This document shows positions 36,136-41,918 of a stretch of 41,918 nucleotides of DNA, piece by piece. Source of the stretch: a virus (lineage: Duplodnaviria; Caudoviricetes); the IMG/VR virus record IMGVR_UViG_3300007255_000002, positions 1-41,918 of that record, one strand, 5' to 3'. A program made the position numbers and the translations under genes. Below the pieces are notes generated by a model. It was not told where the DNA came from, searched no databases, and was given only the letters and a program-made list of their open reading frames with translations. The stretch's first letter is position 1; each line of letters starts with the position of its first letter.

Positions 36136-36458
36136 GGCTTCTCCTGGGGTAGCGCGCGCGCATGATCCCTCCCGAGCACAACCCACCGAATAGGCGCATC
36201 CAGGGTTATGATGTCGGAATAGGCGGGCGTACTATCCAGGCGCGACCCCTCATTCTCCGTGGCCTCTAGTTTCGTGAACGGTGCTGATCCAGACGATTCC
36301 AACGCGAAGCGCCAACGCCCGTCGTATCTCACCGAGAACAATGTTCCGTCCGAGCATGCCAGCCACCACTTGCCGCTCAGACTCGGGTGACAAAACTCTT
36401 CACGGATGTCGCCGTCGATTTCGATGAGGTCGTCACTCGCGCCGTAGATTCGGATCAC
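36132..36458 (-). CDS. conserved phage hypothetical (YGASDDLIE family)
   Basis: MIRIYGASDDLIEIDGDIREEF...CSDGT; AAGGAG RBS. Confidence 0.75.
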   Translation of the reverse strand: MIRIYGASDDLIEIDGDIREEFCHPSLSGKWWLACSDGTLFSVRYDGRWRFALESSGSAPFTKLEATENEGSRLDSTPAYSDIITLDAPIRWVVLGRDHARALPQEKP

Positions 36459-37192
36459 TTCCACTCCTTTGGCGGGGCTACCGCTGGGGCGCTCCCGAGA
36501 GCGCGGCGGTTGAGTTCGTAGATGCTGAGGTTGGGGTCGCACTCGCCCGCGTACTGGTGGCGATCCACGCCGAGCGCGTCCGCACAGACGTTGATGAACT
36601 CTTGCGGCGAAAGGGTGTCGGCGGTTGCGGAGATATGGCGAAGCGCAGCCGCCAATGGATGCTTCGGGCATGCACGCATGTGGTCAGCAGCCAAGGCACG
36701 CCTCACATCTTCGGCGAGCAGGGTCGGGAACTCGTGGCCGCAGTACGAGCAGGCCAGCTTGCCAACCATTGCTTGAAGCTCCGCCATTTCGATCTCAATC
36801 TTCGACGCCTCCAGCAGCCCCTCCTCGGCACTTTCTAGGCGGGCGGCCTGCGCTGCCAGGTTAGCTTCCAGTTCCGAAAGCGGGCACGGCTTACCCCACT
36901 GTGCGGCGGGCCAGCGCACGCCCGGATGGCAGGGGCATTCAACCTGGGGCGCTGCGGCGCGCTCAGCCTGCAGCTCCTTGATCCGTTCCAAGGCTAGGAT
37001 GTGGTGGGCGGCACGGTCGCTCCACTTGCCTTCACGGATGGCGTCGCGCTCCGCCTCCAGCTCGGTGATGCGAGCGCGAGCGTCGCGGAGGTCGAGGGCC
37101 ACACTGTTGTTCGGCGGGTAGCGGATTTCGCCCCACTGGCAAATCGACTCAACGCGCTCGTCGCTCACTCGCGGGGTCGGGCTCTCGGTCAT
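36455..37192 (-). CDS. mosaic coiled-coil protein with Zn motifs and shared 41-aa module
   Basis: CPCHP..CP, CSYCGHEF...H..ACPKHP, then ALRHISATADTLSPQEF. Confidence 0.75.
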   Translation of the reverse strand: MTESPTPRVSDERVESICQWGEIRYPPNNSVALDLRDARARITELEAERDAIREGKWSDRAAHHILALERIKELQAERAAAPQVECPCHPGVRWPAAQWGKPCPLSELEANLAAQAARLESAEEGLLEASKIEIEMAELQAMVGKLACSYCGHEFPTLLAEDVRRALAADHMRACPKHPLAAALRHISATADTLSPQEFINVCADALGVDRHQYAGECDPNLSIYELNRRALGSAPAVAPPKEWK

Positions 37193-37392
37193 CGAATGCC
37201 GTCCTCTACGCGTAGGCGCTCCAGCGGAGAGCGTAGTGGGTCCAATATCTCCTCGGCCGCGTTGGCCGCCTTGGTGTACCTCATGCTATAGATGAGCACC
37301 TCGGCAAGCGGCATCGATTTTCCCAGCTTCCTTACAGCCCTGGTTCCAGCGTCGAGTAACTCCTCGAAGGTAACTCGCTCGCTCTCGGTCAT
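37189..37392 (-). CDS. 67-aa hypothetical protein bracketed by 15-bp direct repeats
   Basis: AAGGAG RBS; MTESERVTFEELL; repeats at 37181-37195 and 37381-37395. Confidence 0.7.
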   Translation of the reverse strand: MTESERVTFEELLDAGTRAVRKLGKSMPLAEVLIYSMRYTKAANAAEEILDPLRSPLERLRVEDGIR

Positions 37393-37556
37393 CGACTGGT
37401 CTCCTTCGACCACGCCACGAATCGAAGCCAATCGAGGGCGGCGTGGATCGGATCTTTTTCTGGCCACCGCTGTTCGTCGCTCTCCACATCCGCATGAGCA
37501 AGTGACCAGACTTCCTTTAGTGCTTCGCGGGCCTTCTTCGTCAAGCGAGGCTTCAC
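37389..37556 (-). CDS. hypothetical protein
   Basis: GGAGG RBS, GTG start overlapping the upstream TGA. Confidence 0.6.
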   Translation of the reverse strand: MKPRLTKKAREALKEVWSLAHADVESDEQRWPEKDPIHAALDWLRFVAWSKETSR

Positions 37557-37819
37557 GCGCCCTCCGGGTCCAGTGTGCCCCCAGGGACCAGCAGGGCGTC
37601 CCATCGCTCTTGGGCGAGGTGCCGCAGATCATGATTGCAGCAGCCCTCGAAGTAGATCAGTGCGTCGGGAGATTCCTGCCACCCACCAGCTGAATAGCCA
37701 TATTCGCCGTCGCTGACGCAGCTTCCGCAACACTCGCCGAAGGACTTGGGCAGATCGCTGCACGTCAGCCATGGCCTGCCCTCGTTGTCGCGTGCCCCTT
37801 TCCATTCGGGGTGGATCAC
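37553..37819 (-). CDS. Cys-rich hypothetical protein
   Basis: GTG start; CCGSC...CCNH. Confidence 0.65.
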   Translation of the reverse strand: MIHPEWKGARDNEGRPWLTCSDLPKSFGECCGSCVSDGEYGYSAGGWQESPDALIYFEGCCNHDLRHLAQERWDALLVPGGTLDPEGA

Positions 37820-38217
37820 ATCGCGTCTCCCCTTGCGGGTGTGCCCCCACGAGCCCGCCTGCTCTTCGTCCTTACGCGAATGGTTGTGGCGAGAGCGTGG
37901 GCCATCCCGGCGGCGCGTTGATGTTTGTCCCATTCCAGGCTATCGGCGCTGCCGATTCCGTAGACCGGATCGCGTCTCTCTAGGAGCCGCCCTTGTTCGG
38001 ACTTCGCGAACGCGGCCCGTTCGTCACACTGAGCCGCACACGCCTCCCGTTCCTCCCGCTGGACTCGCTCCAGGAGAGCGGTCAGGAGAACGGCGAGACT
38101 GTTAGCTACGCCGTCGTGTCTCCAGTCTGCGATCATATCGCTATTGCGGTTCACCCAGTCGGTGGCTTCGCGCCGTGCCAGCTCTTGGAGTCGGCTCACC
38201 CCAACTTCGGGCATCAT
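37816..38217 (-). CDS. hypothetical protein
   Basis: GAGG RBS; EEREACA..C motif. Confidence 0.7.
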   Translation of the reverse strand: MMPEVGVSRLQELARREATDWVNRNSDMIADWRHDGVANSLAVLLTALLERVQREEREACAAQCDERAAFAKSEQGRLLERRDPVYGIGSADSLEWDKHQRAAGMAHALATTIRVRTKSRRARGGTPARGDAM

Positions 38218-38229
38218 CGGACTTCCTCT

Positions 38230-38577
38230 CTAGACCGGAGGGGGCTGCGTATGTGCAGAGGATGGTTCGGCATTGGCCCTCCCTTCCCCCATTCGTTGAA
38301 GATCGGCCACCGCTCGGAGTACGATTCCAATCATAATCCTGAGATCGGTGAGGCTGGTGTTGGGCTGGCACTCGCCCGCATATTCGTGGCGATCCGCCCC
38401 GATCCCATCCGCGCAGACGTTGATGAACTCCTGGGGCGAGAGTGTGTCGGCGGTTGCCGAGATGTGGCGCAGTGCTTCGCGGGCGCGCTTGAGATCGGCC
38501 CACATGGAATCCATCGTCAGATGATCGAACTCCCGCGCGGCCTTCGCGATCGCCTCCTTGTCCCACGCTTCAGGCAC
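38230..38577 (-). CDS. hypothetical protein carrying second copy of 41-aa module
   Basis: GAGGAGG RBS before GTG 38577; ALRHISATADTLSPQEF. Confidence 0.7.
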   Translation of the reverse strand: MPEAWDKEAIAKAAREFDHLTMDSMWADLKRAREALRHISATADTLSPQEFINVCADGIGADRHEYAGECQPNTSLTDLRIMIGIVLRAVADLQRMGEGRANAEPSSAHTQPPPV

Positions 38578-38662
38578 AGCCCCTCCTCTTGGAGGTCGAA
38601 TGCATCTCTGCGCGTATGCCACCACTTCCAATAAACCGCTGGAGTTCGATGACGCCATTCAT

Positions 38663-39130
38663 TCAGTCCCCACCTTCCTGGCGGGCCAGACCTTGAGCCA
38701 TCTCTCGAATCGAGGCAGCGCAAAAGTTCATCATATCCTTGTCGCGAGGCTCGATGGCTCCGCCGCGATCGATCATCTGGGCCGCTTGCTCCAGCACTTC
38801 CCGCCGCACCTTCTCATCCCGCTCTCGCATCCACTCTGCGGTGCTCTCGGGGCTGGAGAGAGCGGCACGAGCAGCCACAACGTCGTCATAGCAGCTATCG
38901 TCAGACGGGCCGGTAATCACGTTCGGTGCGATGTCCACCGGAGCCGGCAAATGCGTCAGGATGCGCCGCAGCACTTCCTCCAGGTGGGCGATTCTCGCGG
39001 CGCTTTCGTTCCAGTTCTTCCAGTTGGTCGCGGCGTTCTCGGCCATGATCTGGTGGCTCGCCTTCCAGGTCTCGATCTGTTGCAGAAGAGGGAGGTCGGC
39101 TTGCTCCAATGAATCGTCTAGGTCGCTCAT
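38663..39130 (-). CDS. hypothetical protein
   Basis: AGGAG RBS; ATGA overlap. Confidence 0.7.
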   Translation of the reverse strand: MSDLDDSLEQADLPLLQQIETWKASHQIMAENAATNWKNWNESAARIAHLEEVLRRILTHLPAPVDIAPNVITGPSDDSCYDDVVAARAALSSPESTAEWMRERDEKVRREVLEQAAQMIDRGGAIEPRDKDMMNFCAASIREMAQGLARQEGGD

Positions 39131-39630
39131 CCGCTACTCCTGCACTCGGCACACGCGCAGACATCTTCGTAGCCATCGGGGTGCTCGCTCCAGTCCCAAG
39201 TATGGGCGAAGTCGGGATGGAGCGCCTTGAACTCGGTTTCCGACAGCGAGTCATCGTCGACCCTCGCCTCTTGTCGCCCTTCTTCTCGCGCTACTTCCAG
39301 CTTCTCTCGCAGCCACGTCTCCGAGGAGCCGGAGGAATCCCGAACTAGCTTATGTAGACGCCCGAGGTCGAAGTTGGCGCCATGGAAGTGCCCGCAATCA
39401 AGAGCCGTCCGCAATCCATCCACCAGGGCAGCCCGGGCGGCTCTCTCTGACTCTAGAGAGCGCTCCAAAACTCCGATGACTCGACGTTGAACACCTAGAA
39501 GGTCGGCATCACTAGCCGCCTCCAACTCACTGCCGCTGGCTATCGTGGCCGCATCGGAATCTCGTTGATCGAACCGCTCGCTAAACGGGATGGTGCTACG
39601 CCGCGTTCTCTTCTCTTCGTCTTCGGCCAT
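39127..39630 (-). CDS. hypothetical protein with SGSELEAA module and C-terminal H..G....C.C.EC motif
   Basis: GGAGG RBS before ATG 39630. Confidence 0.7.
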   Translation of the reverse strand: MAEDEEKRTRRSTIPFSERFDQRDSDAATIASGSELEAASDADLLGVQRRVIGVLERSLESERAARAALVDGLRTALDCGHFHGANFDLGRLHKLVRDSSGSSETWLREKLEVAREEGRQEARVDDDSLSETEFKALHPDFAHTWDWSEHPDGYEDVCACAECRSSG

Positions 39631-39668
39631 GAGTTCCTCCGCATGAAGCAGGGCTTTCTCGAACGTCG

Positions 39669-39914
39669 TTAGATCGCGACCCATACGGCTGCCCACCTAC
39701 CCAAACGAGTCTTGCGGCGCTGCTCGGACTTGCGAATCAAGCCCTTGCCGGCAAGAGCGATGAGTCGGGGCCGGATCGTGTTGCCTGAAAGAAACACGCG
39801 GCTCTCCAGTTCCTCAGCGGTCATTCCTATCAGCGAACCGTGTCCGATTCGTAGGGCATTCAAAACTCTTCGCTCCAATCGTTCCAGATGGGGAAGGCGG
39901 TGCCTGGTTCTCAT
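39669..39914 (-). CDS. winged-helix DNA-binding protein
   Basis: GMTAEELE...NTIRPRL.AL...GLI.KS..RRKTR.GR.A.VW. Confidence 0.75.
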   Translation of the reverse strand: MRTRHRLPHLERLERRVLNALRIGHGSLIGMTAEELESRVFLSGNTIRPRLIALAGKGLIRKSEQRRKTRLGRWAAVWVAI

Positions 39915-40210
39915 CGTTTGCTCTTGAGTAATACCCGCAGAGCCGGGTCATCGAGCTTGATGACTGAAACCGCCGCAGCGATGCGAGCTTGTTCCTCGTA
40001 ATAGGCCTCTCGCCACGGTTTTTCGCCTTCTTGGTAGGTTGCCCACTTTTCGCATGACTGTCTCAGGAGCTTAGCTAGCGGCTCCAGAAGTCGATGGACG
40101 TCGTTGCAGGCGTAGTTGGCGGATGCCGAGCCCCACAGGATTCGACGGGCCTGGATAAAAGATTCCACCGCATTCCGCCATTCGTCGGCCTCGACGTAGG
40201 CCATGGTCAC
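39911..40210 (-). CDS. hypothetical protein
   Basis: GTG start overlapping the upstream TGA. Confidence 0.6.
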   Translation of the reverse strand: MTMAYVEADEWRNAVESFIQARRILWGSASANYACNDVHRLLEPLAKLLRQSCEKWATYQEGEKPWREAYYEEQARIAAAVSVIKLDDPALRVLLKSKR

Positions 40211-40929
40211 ATCCCCATCCTTTCCTGGAGTTCCCCCATCGCGCACATACGTCTGACCAGATCTTGAGCCGAAAACTGGAGCCGTTCCACGGTGAGCTTC
40301 AGAGCGTCCTCGGCAGCGACCCCGACAGCGGCTCCGGCAGCGTCCCAGGCAGCGGCTCCGGCAGCGTTTCCGGCAGCGGCCCCGACAGCATCCCCGGCAG
40401 CGTCCCAGGCAGCGACTCCGGCAGCGGCCCAGACTCCGGCAGCGTCCCAGGCAGCGGCTCTGGCAGTGACCAGGGCAGCGGCCGAAGCTTCACGAGCAGC
40501 TTGAAATATGGGCAGCCAAAGGCCGATCGAATCGGCGTCGATCTCCGGCAACACACGCAAGGTTTGGGCGTGTGGTGCGAGCGCGGGCGTTAAATCCATC
40601 CACGCCGTGGCATTCTCGCGCACCAACCAGTCGAAGGCCATCCATGAGCGCCGCCGCTCCACGGCGGAAGTGCTGCGCGAATCTACTAGGATGTGGATCA
40701 ATGGTTTGAGTAGGCGGTCCCGGGTGGCATCATCGGGCAGCGAATCGTTCCAATTGACCATGAATTGAGTGATGACCGGGCATGCACATCGCGGCGCGGC
40801 CGACCACGACTCTCCGGCCACGTAGGCCACTACCTCCATGACACAAAACTGTTTCTCGATTTCTTGGTGATAACCTTTCTTCAAGTTCAGCGCTTCAAGG
40901 AACGGCCCGTTGCGAACGATCGGCGTCAT
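40207..40929 (-). CDS. Ala-rich tetrapeptide-repeat protein bracketed by 19-bp direct repeats
   Basis: L.KG.H...CVME..AY.AGE.WS..P.C.CPVI...WND domain plus AA(G/W/R)(A/D/V) repeats at about 40302-40483. Confidence 0.8.
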   Translation of the reverse strand: MTPIVRNGPFLEALNLKKGYHQEIEKQFCVMEVVAYVAGESWSAAPRCACPVITQFMVNWNDSLPDDATRDRLLKPLIHILVDSRSTSAVERRRSWMAFDWLVRENATAWMDLTPALAPHAQTLRVLPEIDADSIGLWLPIFQAAREASAAALVTARAAAWDAAGVWAAAGVAAWDAAGDAVGAAAGNAAGAAAWDAAGAAVGVAAEDALKLTVERLQFSAQDLVRRMCAMGELQERMGM

Positions 40930-41516
40930 CGCGGCGGAATCCTTTCCTGGAGTTCCCGGTCAGTGACCACATCGAAGTCCGGCTCGGAATCACTAGGCTC
41001 TACGTCGAAAGGATCTATGGCTGCCTCCAACTCAGAGCCGCTGACAGGCGTGGTTTCATCGGAATCTCGTTGGTCCTGAGTACCGAACCAACCATTAGCA
41101 GCCAGGAAAACATTTGCCTCCATGAGGGCCGCGAAATGCTCCGGCTTCATTACCACGGCGCATTTGTCGCACTTGAAGTCGCCTTCGCATGGCGATGAGG
41201 CGGTGGTCGCCAGTCGTCCCAAGATACTGACAAGTGTCGTGACCTTGGCTTCGGCCATTCGTGCGCGGTCCAATGCCTCCATAAGCCGTAGAGCCCCTTC
41301 CCATGCTATAGGTTCGGCAGTGGCTCGCAATGCGGCGACCATCGCAGTTGAATCGTTAACCTTTTCCTGGTTTCTAAAAGCGGAGTCCATTTCCGGCTCC
41401 TTTCCCGTTCCCTTACAGCGGTCGCATTCCACCTCGATGGTATCTCCCGGATCTCCGTGGTAGCTCCGACGCTTGAGCATGGTCCCTTGGCCTAGACATA
41501 GGATGCACTCGCTCAC
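40926..41516 (-). CDS. DnaJ-type Zn-finger (CxxCxGxG x2) protein with SGSELEAA module
   Basis: CILCLGQG and CDRCKGTG; GTG 41516 overlaps the upstream TGA. Confidence 0.7.
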   Translation of the reverse strand: MSECILCLGQGTMLKRRSYHGDPGDTIEVECDRCKGTGKEPEMDSAFRNQEKVNDSTAMVAALRATAEPIAWEGALRLMEALDRARMAEAKVTTLVSILGRLATTASSPCEGDFKCDKCAVVMKPEHFAALMEANVFLAANGWFGTQDQRDSDETTPVSGSELEAAIDPFDVEPSDSEPDFDVVTDRELQERIPPR

Positions 41517-41918
41517 GATTTGACCTCGCACATGCGTCTAACCAAGTCCTGAGCCGAAAGCTGTAGGCGTTCGATGGTGGGCTTTAGGGCGGCCCCGGCA
41601 GCGTCCCAGGCAGCGGCCCAGGCAGCGTCCCTGGCAGCGTCCCTGGCAGCGGCCCCGACAGCGGCCCCGGCAGCGGCCCCGACAGCGGCCCCGGCAGCGG
41701 CCCTGGCAGCGTCCCTGGCAGCGTCCCTGGCAGCGGCCCCGGCAGCGTCCCCGGCAGCGGCCCAGGCAACGTCCCTGGCAGCGGCCCCGGCAGCGGCCCC
41801 GGCAGCGGCCCCGGCAGCGGCCCCGGCAGCGGCCCCGACAGCGGCCCCGGCAGCGGCCCAGGCAGCGGCCCCGGCAGCGACCCTAGCAGCGGCCCCGGCA
41901 GCGTCCAAGGCAGCGGCC
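41513..41918 (-). CDS. Ala-rich tetrapeptide-repeat protein, paralogue of 40207..40929 (5'-truncated)
   Basis: Open to the window edge; C-terminus LKPTIERLQLSAQDLVRRMC vs LKLTVERLQFSAQDLVRRMC. Confidence 0.8.
   Translation of the reverse strand, partial: AAALDAAGAAARVAAGAAAWAAAGAAVGAAAGAAAGAAAGAAAGAAARDVAWAAAGDAAGAAARDAARDAARAAAGAAVGAAAGAAVGAAARDAARDAAWAAAWDAAGAALKPTIERLQLSAQDLVRRMCEVKS
41590..41918 (-). repeat. 12-bp tandem repeat GCTGCC-NGG-GNC (~27 units)
   Basis: Directly visible; variation concentrated at unit positions 7 and 11. Confidence 0.95.

Noticed and set aside
36524-38475. DGR template/variable repeat pair
   Set aside because: Differences are mostly synonymous third-position changes, not adenine-specific; both copies are coding; no reverse transcriptase is present.
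40264-40593. GS-repeat and PGPL-repeat ORFs here and at 41584..41769
   Set aside because: They are alternative frames of the Ala-repeat DNA; only the Ala frame connects to conserved flanking domains.
1-41918. Genome-wide TAG recoding
   Set aside because: Core genes are uninterrupted in the standard code and TerL and MCP end at TAG; only one internal amber was found.
1-41918. Circular closure joining the left and right Ala-repeat genes
   Set aside because: The repeat units differ, no terminal overlap is visible, and the right gene is a paralogue of 40207..40929.
1-41918. tRNA, integrase/att site, DNA polymerase
   Set aside because: No cloverleaf with T-loop consensus and no recombinase or polymerase motifs were recognised by eye.

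Overview
The window looks like most of a GC-rich tailed dsDNA phage genome with a podovirus-like gene layout, broken at both ends inside alanine-rich low-complexity repeats. The + strand from about 5.9 to 31.7 kb is the late operon: TerS/TerL, portal, scaffold, SU10/DUF5309-type major capsid, adaptor and tail proteins, ejection proteins and a SleB-type lysis cassette. An unusually large glycan-building set is interleaved with the head genes: an NDP-sugar C-methyltransferase, an FkbM methyltransferase, and GT2-, GT9- and GT4-like glycosyltransferases. The - strand arms (1-1.3 kb, 3.5-5.6 kb, 31.7-41.9 kb) carry tightly overlapping small early genes, including a Cas4-like PD-(D/E)XK nuclease, a NinG-like nuclease and a ParB-like protein. 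I recognised no integrase, polymerase, reverse transcriptase, tRNA or CRISPR array. The most unusual element is a ~420 bp phased pentamer array (33537-33953) starting at the stop codon of the Cas4-like gene. It consists of (NN[G/A/T]CC)n blocks punctuated by GCTCCTTGCC-like junctions at spacings of 47, 47, 57, 67, 77 and 62 bp (all 5n+2), and it is followed by a stem-loop and a small gene with an in-frame amber codon. The early arm also contains genes bracketed exactly by direct repeats and peptide modules shared between unrelated proteins. All product calls come from motif recognition by eye; no database search was run.
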